Shown here: positions 1 to 9,320 of the stretch, piece after piece
Layout of the letters: each line of letters opens with the position of its first letter
Numbering within the stretch: the stretch's first letter is position 1
Assembly: GCA_964436955.1 (NCBI GenBank)
Contig: CAYTFC010000004.1
Location: 5,872-69,871, forward strand
Origin: an uncultured bacterium
GTDB taxonomy: Bacteria > Chlamydiota > Chlamydiia > Chlamydiales > JAJFMA01
Direction of reading: 5' to 3'
Length of the DNA: 64,000 bases
Program-made: the position numbers and the translations under genes
The notes under the pieces: generated by a model
What the model was told of the DNA's origin: nothing
Seen by the model: the letters and a program-made list of their open reading frames with translations, nothing else
Database searches by the model: none

Positions 1-244
1 CCATTTCGGATGGCACAATATCCATGATTCGTCGGGTGATCCCGTCAGATCTATACAATTGATCCAGTTCCGCTTGTTCGAATATTTTCTCCAGGCGAAA
101 GTGAGCATTGACGTTTTTATCGCGTCCTCGCATGCCTAGCCCAGTCAGGACATTGATCCATCCATCGGCCTTGACAAATCCATCATTATGAGGAACGCGA
201 CTCTGTTCTTCAGCGGATTTTTTCTCAAAATTATACGTAGCCAT
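1..244 (-). CDS. phage portal protein, N-terminal part (gene runs off the left edge)
   Basis: Hand translation of the minus strand from ATG at 244-242 (SD gggag just upstream) is open to position 1: MATYNFEKKSAEEQSRVPHNDGFVKADGWINVLTGLGMRGRDKNVNAHFRLEKIFEQAELDQLYRSDGITRRIMDIVPSEM. The W-x-N-x-x-TGLG...DK...eL..LYr...i.rrIvD pattern matches my recollection of DUF1073/HI1409-type portal N-termini. It is absent from the ORF track because it is truncated. Confidence 0.55.
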   Translation of the reverse strand, partial: MATYNFEKKSAEEQSRVPHNDGFVKADGWINVLTGLGMRGRDKNVNAHFRLEKIFEQAELDQLYRSDGITRRIMDIVPSEM

Positions 245-506
245 ATACTCCCAAGAGTTAGAGATCAAAATGATACTTGGGGAAGATGGGTACTTGGTGG
301 CAACGGCGAGAAAATCGTCGTCTTTGTGTCGATGAGTGTTTGATTTCAGCGTCCCTCCTGAAAAAGAGGGGAGCTTTTCTAAAAATCACCTTATCATAGT
401 TTTACAAAAAAATAATAGTGAAGAGTTTGTGAAACAGCTGTTTCGTAATTCAAAAAGGGTAATTGGTCAAACAAAACTTTGCGTGTTCCGTCATGTTTAC
501 ATCTCT

Positions 507-552
507 AAAACCGGCGGAAAAAACATTGTTTTGTGTTTCATCCGCCGGTTTT
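507..552. terminator. strong stem-loop, bidirectional terminator-like
   Basis: aaaaccggcgga (507-518) pairs perfectly with tccgccggtttt (541-552). The loop is 22 nt, with an A-run on one side and a T-run on the other. Confidence 0.5.
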
Positions 553-592
553 ACTGTTTACTGATACTTTTTTTATACTCTAGAAGGCATCT

Positions 593-670
593 ACAAATCG
601 ACAAATGTCATTTTGCGGATCAATTTCATTATCATAACAATTATCTACAAAATAACATTTGTCGATTTGT
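593..670. repeat. perfect 16-bp inverted repeat (acaaatcgacaaatgt / acatttgtcgatttgt) with a 46-bp spacer
   Basis: Read directly at 593-608 and 655-670. The core CAAATCGACA recurs at 10769-10906. Confidence 0.8.
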
Positions 671-863
671 GGATTGATTTTTTCCGAGATCAAGGTTTTG
701 CTGCATCCATAAATTCTCTAAAACCTACCCATCTAAATTTAGTGGGTTGATTTTGGAGAATTCATTACCATGCCTACATACATGTTTATATGGTTGTATA
801 TAAACATTATTTCAAATATGTATAGGATAACCAAAGAATTCCAAGCCGAGGAGGTGGTTGCCT

Positions 864-1094
864 ATGAGAGAACAAGTGGTAAGACTAAGTTTTGACATAT
901 CTGTACATGAACATGCGTTGCTAAAGTCTGCTTGTGCTGAGGCTATGATACCCATGAAAGATTTTTTGCATGATTTGGTATTGAGAGGAATACAGGAACT
1001 TAAGGAAAAGAAATCGCGCGAAAAATCAAAAGAGTCAAAAGCGGGCAAGCTCGAAACGAAGACACTTGTTGAATGTGTAAAAGATGACGCTTGA
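864..1094 (+). CDS. small ribbon-helix-helix (CopG/ParG-like) DNA-binding protein
   Basis: ATG at 864 is preceded by SD gaggaggtgg. The N-terminal strand-helix-helix pattern VRLSFDISVHEHALLKSACAEAMIPMKDFLHDLVLRGI parallels the 56-aa ORF at 45390-45560 (RITLECSPETRKAIRIMAAQNDKSMNDFILSIVLEKM). Confidence 0.55.
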   Translation: MREQVVRLSFDISVHEHALLKSACAEAMIPMKDFLHDLVLRGIQELKEKKSREKSKESKAGKLETKTLVECVKDDA

Positions 1095-1140
1095 AGTCGA
1101 TAAATTTTACACAAAGCATAGCTATAGAGGATTTTCATTC

Positions 1141-2397
1141 ATGGGTGTAAAAAATTGGAAAAGATTATGTTATTTCGTTTGTGTTTCCTTCTTCCTATAT
1201 TTTCCTTGTGAGATTTTTTGCGAAACAACTCTTTCTTTTGACGAAGCAGTATCCAAAACTTTATCCCTTTCTCCCAAGCTTCGCATCGCCAATAGTGAAA
1301 TAAATGGAAAGGCTGGGGCTCAAACTCAAAGTCGACTCTATCCAAATCCAGTAGCGGGTTACAGTGTTGAAAATGTCTTTGGGAATAAGAATTGGCAAGG
1401 TTGGGAGGCTGCAGAATCGCGATATGAAATTGCTCAACTAGTAGAATTGGGTGGGAAAAGGGGATTCCGATATCAAACAGCAAGATTTCAATTCTATGCC
1501 GCACAGGCGGGATTTGAAGCCAAGCAACTTTTCCTTCTCAATAGACTTTTAAAATTATTCACTTTAGTTGTTGCCTCCCAAGAGAATCTCGCGCTAGCTG
1601 TAGACCAAACGAAAGTTGCGGAAGAAGTCTATAAGACAGTAACCGCAAAAGTCGAGGCGGGTAAAGTTTCTCTAATCCAACAAAATAAAGCAGAAATTGC
1701 TCTTTCAACAGCTCAGATCAACTTAGAGAAAGCTAAAGCGGACTTTTCTAAAAATAAAGAAAGGCTTTCGATTTTATGGGGATATTCCTGTCCTGATTTT
1801 GATAGAGTCAGTTTTCCTTTTTATGAAATTAATTTACCAATTCCTTTCGAAGAATGTCTATCTGATTTAAGAGGAAATCCTGAACTTTTGCGATCTCAAA
1901 TGGAGCACCTTGCAGCTCATCAAAATTTAAATTTAGAAAAATCTTTAGCTATTCCAGATGTGACAGTAATACTTGGATACAAAACACTTCAAGATACAGG
2001 AAATAAAGGGCTAATCCTTGGAGCTTCTATTCCTATCCCACTTTTTAATCAGAATCAAGGAAATGTACAGAGAGCAAGGGCTCAAACGCTTAAAGCTCAT
2101 GATCAGTATATTGAACTTGAGCTTGCTTTAGAAAATAAACTCTCTATCGCGCATAAAGAGTTAGTGAGAGCCTACAATGAAGCAGAGCGGATAAGATCTA
2201 CAGTGCTTAAAGCGGCTTTCCAATCTTTTGAACTAGCTCAAGAAGGTTATAAGGAAGGAAAATTTGAATACTTAGACATGCTCGATTCTCAAAAAACCCT
2301 TTTTGAAGTTAGAGAAAGATACATTCAAGCCGTGCTAAATTATCATAAAAGCATAGCAGATATAGAATATTTAAATACACAGGAAGATGGGCTATGA
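1141..2397 (+). CDS. czcC: outer-membrane factor of a heavy-metal RND efflux system (CzcC-like)
   Basis: I place the start at ATG 1141 (SD agagga at 1125-1130), which gives a signal-like N-terminus MGVKNWKRLCYFVCVSFFLYFPCEIFC. The protein has a TolC-family two-repeat coiled architecture. It is the first gene of a C-B-A order, and ATGA overlaps the next gene. Confidence 0.8.
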   Translation: MGVKNWKRLCYFVCVSFFLYFPCEIFCETTLSFDEAVSKTLSLSPKLRIANSEINGKAGAQTQSRLYPNPVAGYSVENVFGNKNWQGWEAAESRYEIAQLVELGGKRGFRYQTARFQFYAAQAGFEAKQLFLLNRLLKLFTLVVASQENLALAVDQTKVAEEVYKTVTAKVEAGKVSLIQQNKAEIALSTAQINLEKAKADFSKNKERLSILWGYSCPDFDRVSFPFYEINLPIPFEECLSDLRGNPELLRSQMEHLAAHQNLNLEKSLAIPDVTVILGYKTLQDTGNKGLILGASIPIPLFNQNQGNVQRARAQTLKAHDQYIELELALENKLSIAHKELVRAYNEAERIRSTVLKAAFQSFELAQEGYKEGKFEYLDMLDSQKTLFEVRERYIQAVLNYHKSIADIEYLNTQEDGL

Positions 2398-3614
2398 AAA
2401 TGAAAATATTTTATTCGATTACAGGGATAGCTCTTTTAATGAGTAGTATAGTGGCTTGGCAGTTTTGGTCATCATCTCCACTAAAAAAAGAGACTGCTTC
2501 TTTAGAAATAGCCGAAGCAAACCCTCATGGTCATATTGACGAGCATGGCCATAGCGAAGAAAATATTATTCCACTTTCATCGGATCAAATCAAAGATTTG
2601 GGAATTCAAACAAAAATAGCAGGTCCTGGAGAATTATCTGTGACCATTTCCACTAGAGGAAAAATTATTTTGCATCCAGATAAGCTAGCTCACATTTTGC
2701 CTAAAATCTCTGGGGTTGCTAAAGAAGCTCGAAAAAACATTGGAGATCGAGTTAAAGAAGGTGAAGTCTTAGCTATTTTGGAAAGTCGTGAAATGGCTGA
2801 TATCAAAGCGAATTATTTAGCAGCTAAAGAGAAAGAGAGCCTTGCCCTTTCTCTTTTAGACCGTGAAAAACGTTTACATGAAAAGAAAGTTTCTGCTGAA
2901 CAGGATTATTTAAATGCAAAATCAGCTTATGTAGAAGCTAAAATTAATGTTCAATTATCCGAACAAAAACTCCATGCTTTTGGGATTGAGGATGAAGAAA
3001 TCAAAGAGCTTTCTAATGAACATAACCCTGATTTAAGACTTTACGACATCCGATCTCCTATGGATGGAATTGTGATCGCTCGTCACATTAATAAGGGGGA
3101 ATTTATTGAAAATACGACGACGATTTACGAGATTGCTGATCTTAGCATCATCTGGATAGAGATCGGGATATATCCAAAGGATCTTGTGAGGGTAAAAGAG
3201 GGACAAATGGTGGATATTTCTCTTCCTGTAGATGGAAAGATCGCACAGGCAAAAATAATCTATCTTAGTCCGATCATTCAAGATGAAACTATAACGGCTA
3301 AAGCTGTAGCCGAATTGACAAATCCGAGTGGAAACTGGCGCCCTGGTTCCTTTGTTAAGGTAAATATTGCAACTGAAAATGTTTTTGTTCCCCTTGTCAT
3401 ATCTAAAGAGGCGATTCAAGAGATCGAAGGCAAAGATTTTGTTTTTGTAAAAGTACCTGAAGGTTTTGAAAAAAGACAAACCCAAGTAGGTGTTAGCGAC
3501 GATAAAAACGTTGAAATTCTTTCAGGCTTAAGTGCAGGAGAAGAATACGCCTCTTCAAAAACATTTTTATTGAAAGCTGATTTAAGCAAAAAAGAAGCGG
3601 AGCATGAACACTGA
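2394..3614 (+). CDS. czcB: membrane-fusion (HlyD-family) subunit of heavy-metal RND pump (CzcB-like)
   Basis: N-terminal TM segment, His-rich HGHIDEHGHSEE, a coiled-coil hairpin and a beta-barrel C-terminus. TGATG overlaps czcA. Confidence 0.8.
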   Translation: MKMKIFYSITGIALLMSSIVAWQFWSSSPLKKETASLEIAEANPHGHIDEHGHSEENIIPLSSDQIKDLGIQTKIAGPGELSVTISTRGKIILHPDKLAHILPKISGVAKEARKNIGDRVKEGEVLAILESREMADIKANYLAAKEKESLALSLLDREKRLHEKKVSAEQDYLNAKSAYVEAKINVQLSEQKLHAFGIEDEEIKELSNEHNPDLRLYDIRSPMDGIVIARHINKGEFIENTTTIYEIADLSIIWIEIGIYPKDLVRVKEGQMVDISLPVDGKIAQAKIIYLSPIIQDETITAKAVAELTNPSGNWRPGSFVKVNIATENVFVPLVISKEAIQEIEGKDFVFVKVPEGFEKRQTQVGVSDDKNVEILSGLSAGEEYASSKTFLLKADLSKKEAEHEH

Positions 3615-6600
3615 TGATTGAAAAAATTCTAAGATTTTCTATCCACTATCCTCTGGCTATCATTCTATTCACCTTAGTCGTGACTGGATTTGGTATCTAT
3701 TCATTTATTCGTCTTCCGATAGATGCTGTTCCAGATATCACTAACAATCAAGTCCAGATCAATACAACGTTACCAGGATTTTCTCCCATCCAAATAGAAA
3801 AACAGGTGACTTATGTCATTGAAACCGCATTAGCAGGCATCCCTGGCCTACAGATGACGCGATCTATTTCTAGAAATGCTTTTTCTCAAGTCACCGCTAT
3901 TTTTGATGATGATGTGAATATCTATTTTGCTCGGCAACAAATTAATGAACGCCTAAGTGAAATCAAAGAAAACCTTCCACAAGGTGCAGATCCAAGAATG
4001 GGACCTGTATCTACAGGACTGGGTGAAGTTTATATGTGGACTGTAGATTTTAAGCATCCTAATGGAAAAGGAGCAGAGATTAAAGAAGGTTCACCTGGCT
4101 GGCAAAAAGATGGGAGGTATCTAACTCCAGAAGGTCAATTCTTAAGCACAGATATTGAGAAAGCTTCTTATTTAAGGACAGTTCAAGACTGGATTGTCAA
4201 GCCACAGTTAAAGGGAGTTAAAGGATTAGCTGGTGTCGATTCTATTGGAGGATACGTCAGACAGTATCACGTAGAACCAAACCTTGAGCGTATGATTGCT
4301 CTTGGTTTAAGCTTTGATGACATTATTTCTAGCTTAAAAAAAAACAATGCCAGTGTTGGACCTGGATATATTGAAAAGAAGGGAGAAAGCTTACTTATCA
4401 AATCGGATGAGCGTTTAGATGCTCCTATCCAAATCGAAACCATTGTTTTAGCGACAATAGAAGGTATTCCCATTCGAGTCAGGGATATTGCGGAAGTGAT
4501 CATCGGAAAAGAGATGCGGACAGGTAGTGCTAGCAAGGACGGTCATGAAGCTGTAGTTGGGACAGCTTTGATGTTGATTGGAGCAAATAGCAGAACTGTA
4601 TCTCAAGCCGTAGATGAAAAGCTCAAAGAAATCAATAAAACGCTTCCTCCAGATATCGAAGCCAAATCTGTTTTAAATCGTACCAAACTTGTAAATGCAA
4701 CCATTAAAACGGTGGTAAGCAATCTAGGCGAAGGAGCCATTCTAGTCATTGCCGTTTTATTTTTATTTCTAGGTCAATTTAGAGCAGCATTGATTACTGC
4801 TATGGTAATTCCTCTCTCCATGCTTATGACCGCCACAGGTATGGTTCAGTCCAAGATTAGCGGGAACTTAATGAGTCTTGGCGCTATTGACTTCGGTTTA
4901 ATCGTTGATGGTGCTGTGATTATTACCGAAAACTGTTTAAGGAGATTGACGCAGAAGCAACATGAGCTTGGAAGAACTTTAGAGCTTAGTGAGCGTCTGC
5001 AAGAGGTTTTAACAGCAAGCAAAGAGATGATTCAGCCAACTGTATTTGGACAAGCCATCATTATCACCGTTTATATTCCTATTTTAACTCTTACAGGAGT
5101 TGAAGGAAAAATGTTTCACCCTATGGCCATGACAGTCATTTTCGCTCTGGTATCAGCATTTGTGCTTTCCCTTACCTTTGTACCCGCCATGATCGCTGTT
5201 TTTGTTAAAGGTCATTTAAAAGAGAAAGAAAATAAAATAGTTGAGTACTCAAAAAGGATTTATAGCCCGATTTTAGATAAATCCTTGAAATTCCCTTGGT
5301 GGACTATATCTTCCGGCGTTGTCATTTTTGCCCTGTCTCTTATCTTATTTTATCAACTAGGGCAAGAATTTGTTCCAACTCTTGATGAAAGAGACATTGC
5401 AATGCATGCAGTGCGAATCCCAAGCACTTCCCTCACTCAATCAACTGAAATGCAAACCATGGTTGAGAAAACGATCAAGAAATTTCCTCAAGTTGCTTAT
5501 GTATATTCTAAAACAGGAACTGCAGAAATGGCTTCAGATCCGATGCCACCTAATGTTTCTGATACATTCATCATTCTTAAACCAAGAGAGGAGTGGCCAG
5601 AGCCTAATTTAGACAAAACAAACTTGATCGAACTGATCCAAACTGAAGTAAATAAAATACCAGGAAATAACTATGAATTTACTCAACCTATTGAAATGCG
5701 ATTTAATGAATTGATTTCTGGAGTAAGAAGCGATTTAGCTGTGAAGATTTATGGAGATGATTTTGACGTTATGCAGAGAGCAGCAGATCATATTGCTAAT
5801 ATTCTTAGAAAAATTCCTGGATCAGCTGATGTTAAAATAGCTCAAACAAAAGGATTACCTGTTTTAGACGTGAAGATCGACAGAGAAGCAGCCAGTCGCC
5901 TAGGTATTAATGTTTCTGAAGGATTAGATGTTTTAGCTATAGCAGCGGGAGGGGGAAAAGCAGGACAAATTTTTGAAGGTGACCGTCGCTTTGATATATT
6001 GGTTAGACTTCCAGAAACACAGCGGGAAGATATTAAGGCATTAGGAAACCTACCAATTCCACTCCCTGTAAAGGAAAATTCTGGAAATAAGACCAAGGCG
6101 CATTTTCCTTATGTCCCTCTAAGTGAAATAGCTGTTCTCAAAGTTTCTGATGGGCTGAATGAAATTCGTCGAGAAGATGGAAAGCGTTTTATTGCAGTTC
6201 AAGCCAATGTACGTGGCAGGGATTTAGGCTCTTATGTCGAAGATGCTAAGAAAAAAATTCAAGATGAAGTCAAGATACCTGATGGATATTGGCTCAATTG
6301 GGGTGGACAGTTTGAAAATTTGATTTCAGCTAGACAACGTTTGTTTATTGTTGTTCCAATTTGTCTAGGATTAATTTTTCTTCTACTATATACCGCCTTT
6401 AACTCGGTACGCTATGCACTATTAGTTTTTAGTGGGGTTCCTCTTGCTTTAACAGGCGGAATCGTTGCTCTCTGGATAAGAGATATGCCTTTTTCAATTT
6501 CTGCAGCCGTTGGATTTATTGCTTTATCTGGAATAGCTGTTCTCAATGGACTTGTTCTCATCACATATATTAATCAGCTTCTAGCCGAAAAAGATGACCT

Positions 6601-6865
6601 TAATTTAGCCATAAAAGAAGGATCCCTAACAAGGCTTCGTCCAGTTCTCATGACAGCTTTAGTGGCTTCCTTAGGGTTTGTTCCAATGGCACTTGCGACT
6701 GGAACAGGGGCTGAGGTTCAAAAACCTTTGGCGACAGTCGTCATTGGCGGATTGATTAGCTCAACCCTTCTAACCCTAATTTTGCTACCTGCTCTTTATC
6801 ATACTTTTTCTCCCGCTCACTATAAGAAAAGCAAATACTTAACTTCTAATGGAAATGGTAAATAA
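3614..6865 (+). CDS. czcA: heavy-metal efflux RND transporter, CzcA family
   Basis: 1083 aa. The N-terminus MIEKILRFSIHYPL...LPIDAVPDITNNQVQINT...VSTGLGEVYMW and the later NLMSLGAIDFGLIVDGAVIITEN closely parallel Cupriavidus CzcA as I recall it. Confidence 0.9.
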   Translation: MIEKILRFSIHYPLAIILFTLVVTGFGIYSFIRLPIDAVPDITNNQVQINTTLPGFSPIQIEKQVTYVIETALAGIPGLQMTRSISRNAFSQVTAIFDDDVNIYFARQQINERLSEIKENLPQGADPRMGPVSTGLGEVYMWTVDFKHPNGKGAEIKEGSPGWQKDGRYLTPEGQFLSTDIEKASYLRTVQDWIVKPQLKGVKGLAGVDSIGGYVRQYHVEPNLERMIALGLSFDDIISSLKKNNASVGPGYIEKKGESLLIKSDERLDAPIQIETIVLATIEGIPIRVRDIAEVIIGKEMRTGSASKDGHEAVVGTALMLIGANSRTVSQAVDEKLKEINKTLPPDIEAKSVLNRTKLVNATIKTVVSNLGEGAILVIAVLFLFLGQFRAALITAMVIPLSMLMTATGMVQSKISGNLMSLGAIDFGLIVDGAVIITENCLRRLTQKQHELGRTLELSERLQEVLTASKEMIQPTVFGQAIIITVYIPILTLTGVEGKMFHPMAMTVIFALVSAFVLSLTFVPAMIAVFVKGHLKEKENKIVEYSKRIYSPILDKSLKFPWWTISSGVVIFALSLILFYQLGQEFVPTLDERDIAMHAVRIPSTSLTQSTEMQTMVEKTIKKFPQVAYVYSKTGTAEMASDPMPPNVSDTFIILKPREEWPEPNLDKTNLIELIQTEVNKIPGNNYEFTQPIEMRFNELISGVRSDLAVKIYGDDFDVMQRAADHIANILRKIPGSADVKIAQTKGLPVLDVKIDREAASRLGINVSEGLDVLAIAAGGGKAGQIFEGDRRFDILVRLPETQREDIKALGNLPIPLPVKENSGNKTKAHFPYVPLSEIAVLKVSDGLNEIRREDGKRFIAVQANVRGRDLGSYVEDAKKKIQDEVKIPDGYWLNWGGQFENLISARQRLFIVVPICLGLIFLLLYTAFNSVRYALLVFSGVPLALTGGIVALWIRDMPFSISAAVGFIALSGIAVLNGLVLITYINQLLAEKDDLNLAIKEGSLTRLRPVLMTALVASLGFVPMALATGTGAEVQKPLATVVIGGLISSTLLTLILLPALYHTFSPAHYKKSKYLTSNGNGK

Positions 6866-6867
6866 TC

Positions 6868-8745
6868 ATGAATTTATCCCAAGATACCAAATTTCGATGG
6901 CTTATCTTTTCTCTAGTCTTAGTAGCAGTATTTGAGGTTCTCTCTTTATCAGGTTGGGATTTACCACATGTAATAGCTATTCCTTTATTTTTATCTATTA
7001 TTCTTTTTATTGGCCATCACACCTTGCTTGAAGGATTTCAAGCTCTATTCCAGTTAAATTTCAAAAGTATCAATTTTCTAATGACAATTGCTGTAATAGG
7101 AGCTTTCTACCTAGAGAAATATGAAGAAGCCGCGATTGTGATTGTTCTGTATAACCTTGCCGAAAAACTTGAAGACCTTGGAATACAACAAAGTAAAACA
7201 TCTCTTAGCAGCCTGGCAGAAAAAATGCCTAAAACCGCCTTTATCAAGGGAAGGGACTATCCTATTCCGGTTAGTCAAGTAAAGATTGATGATGTGCTAG
7301 TGGTTAAGCCGGGAGAAATGATTCCTTTGGATGGCAAAGTACTTTTTGGATTTACAGCTGTTGATGAAGCAACGATCACAGGCGAGCCTATAGCAAAAGA
7401 CAAAATGATAGGGGATTTCGTTTTTGCTGGGACTTTGAATAAACAAGGTTATATTGAAGTTCAAGTGACTAAACTTTCAAAAGATACCACACTGGCAAAG
7501 ATTCAAGAGATCACTCTTAAAGCCTTTGAAGCGAAAGCACACACACAGAAATTTATTGAAACTTTTTCAAGTTACTACACTCCTTCTGTCATTCTCTTGG
7601 CCTTTTTATGGATGATCATCCCACCCTACTTTTTCTTAACTCCTTTTAATCAGAGTTTTCAGAATGCCTTAACTTTGCTCGTCATTGCTTGCCCCTGTGC
7701 CTTAGTTATATCTACTCCTGTATCGATCTATTCAGCACTCGGAAACGCAGCAAGTAAGGGTATTTTGATTAAAGGAGGTCGGTACTTAGAGGCTATTGGA
7801 AAAATCAAGGCAATTGCCCTAGATAAAACTAGAACTCTTACGTTTGGAAATCCAATCGTTACGGACATCATCCCTTTTGGATCTCATACAAAAGAGCATC
7901 TTTTAAGTTGCGCTGCTGGTATTGAAATTCAATCGGAACATCCACTTGCTAAAAGTATTGTTCAAGCAGCTAAAGCAGAAAAATACGTACCACATTCTGT
8001 AGAAAATTTCCAAATAAAAATGGGCAAAGGAGCCCAAGCTGATTGTCTAGTATGTGAAGATAAACATCACTGCATAGGAAAATTAGAATTCATTTTAGAA
8101 GAACATCATGTCCCCCAAGAAGTTATTGAAAAAATGGATTTATTACAAAAAGAAGGAAAAACTGTCATCCTCATCTGCACTCACAAGGAAGTAGAAGGGG
8201 TAATAGGACTCTTGGATGAGGTTCGTCCAGAAAGTAAACAGGTAATCCTAAACATTAAAAGTCTTGGAATCATTCCTGTGATGTTAACAGGAGACAATCC
8301 CACATCTGCCCAGGCGATAGCTAAAATGGTAGGTATTGCTGATGTGAAGTCTAGCCTTCTTCCCGAAGACAAAGCAAAGGAAATACAAACCCTCTTAGAT
8401 AAGTACAAATCTGTCGCCATGGTAGGGGATGGGATTAATGATGCTCCCGCTTTAGCTCTTTCTAGCGTTGGTATTACGATGAGCGAATTGGGAAGCGATA
8501 CCGCTATTGAAGCAGCTTCGATTGTTATTCTTAGCGATTACTTAAATAGAATTCCATTCTTAATCAAGCTAGGTAGAAAAGCTCTTCAAACAATCCGATT
8601 GAACATATTTTTAGCCATAGCGATAAAACTCGTTTTTATCTCATTGGCATTATTTGGAATGAGCAACTTAGCGTTAGCCATTTTTGCTGATGTCGGGGTC
8701 ACTGTGATCGTTATCCTGAATAGTTTGAGGCTCGCGCATGCTTAA
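6868..8745 (+). CDS. P1B-type heavy-metal-translocating ATPase (Zn/Cd/Co-type, no N-terminal metal-binding domain)
   Basis: Motifs present: TM CPC (IACPCALVIST), TGEP, SEHPLA, MLTGDN and GDGINDAP. The phosphorylation motif reads DKTRT (7822-7836) instead of DKTGT. There is no CxxC HMA domain at the N-terminus. Confidence 0.85.
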   Translation: MNLSQDTKFRWLIFSLVLVAVFEVLSLSGWDLPHVIAIPLFLSIILFIGHHTLLEGFQALFQLNFKSINFLMTIAVIGAFYLEKYEEAAIVIVLYNLAEKLEDLGIQQSKTSLSSLAEKMPKTAFIKGRDYPIPVSQVKIDDVLVVKPGEMIPLDGKVLFGFTAVDEATITGEPIAKDKMIGDFVFAGTLNKQGYIEVQVTKLSKDTTLAKIQEITLKAFEAKAHTQKFIETFSSYYTPSVILLAFLWMIIPPYFFLTPFNQSFQNALTLLVIACPCALVISTPVSIYSALGNAASKGILIKGGRYLEAIGKIKAIALDKTRTLTFGNPIVTDIIPFGSHTKEHLLSCAAGIEIQSEHPLAKSIVQAAKAEKYVPHSVENFQIKMGKGAQADCLVCEDKHHCIGKLEFILEEHHVPQEVIEKMDLLQKEGKTVILICTHKEVEGVIGLLDEVRPESKQVILNIKSLGIIPVMLTGDNPTSAQAIAKMVGIADVKSSLLPEDKAKEIQTLLDKYKSVAMVGDGINDAPALALSSVGITMSELGSDTAIEAASIVILSDYLNRIPFLIKLGRKALQTIRLNIFLAIAIKLVFISLALFGMSNLALAIFADVGVTVIVILNSLRLAHA

Positions 8746-8759
8746 AAAAATGTCACCCC

Positions 8760-9080
8760 TTGAAAGCGGAAGGAGACCTCTGCGATGGAGAGATTATCGA
8801 TTTCTGCCGCTTGGGAAGCAGTATTAAAAAATGCGACGCTAAGACACCGATGATTGGGATAACAATGGACGATCCATATAAAATGGATCAGCGAGCCGGA
8901 GTTTTCCTTCGGTCATTGCAGGATTTAGAACGTTGTGTTGATGGATGGAGCGTTAAGCCTTGTGCAGGGAAAATATTTTCTCTCAATATGGCGGATGACG
9001 GTACTATACAATCGCCTCATCGAATTCTTTTAGGACAGGTAGAAACTGCAAGAAATCCGAAAATTCCTATGGGACTTTAG
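8760..9080 (+). CDS. hypothetical protein, possibly a gene remnant
   Basis: The ORF has a TTG start and no clear SD. It lies between the ATPase and a repeat-rich spacer. I recognise no motif with confidence. Confidence 0.2.
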   Translation: MKAEGDLCDGEIIDFCRLGSSIKKCDAKTPMIGITMDDPYKMDQRAGVFLRSLQDLERCVDGWSVKPCAGKIFSLNMADDGTIQSPHRILLGQVETARNPKIPMGL

Positions 9081-9227
9081 TGACGCTTGTTTAAGCTCAC
9101 CTTCTAGAAGGGGTCAAAAAATAGTTCACAAAAAGCCAAGTCTGCTTTTGCTGCTACTTTTTACATCTTAAAAATCGAGCATTAAACAGCCTATTTTGCT
9201 GTTTCCTGCTACTTTTTTTAATACATA

Positions 9228-9271
9228 AATCAAGCAGCAAACGGCTATTTTATCGATTTGCTGCTTGATTT
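9228..9271. repeat. perfect 15-bp inverted repeat aaatcaagcagcaaa / tttgctgcttgattt upstream of the AAA ATPase gene
   Basis: Read directly. It is preceded by direct copies of tttgctg..ctgctacttttt at about 9143-9215. It lies 50 bp upstream of ATG 9321, so it is a possible operator. Confidence 0.7.
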
Positions 9272-9320
9272 TTCTTTCTATCCTAAGTATGCTCGTGCCA
9301 TAAGGAATGTAGGAGTTAAA

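Noticed and set aside
336-677. 113-aa plus-strand ORF in the portal-czc spacer
   Set aside because: It spans the 507-552 stem-loop and the 593-670 palindrome. It has no SD, and its composition is low-complexity and hydrophobic or basic. It is most likely non-coding regulatory DNA.
1084-1140. Longer N-terminal extension of the CzcC-like ORF (start 1084), with similar track extensions at 9258, 32682, 34073, 36486, 46463, 52152 and 56759
   Set aside because: Internal ATGs with good SD spacing give proper signal peptides or remove long overlaps with upstream genes. The extensions lie in palindromes or in neighbouring coding sequence.
812-1504. Minus-strand ORFs 812-1138 and 1139-1504
   Set aside because: They lie antisense to the RHH and czcC genes, have no motifs and no SD. 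The plus-strand genes are supported by operon structure.
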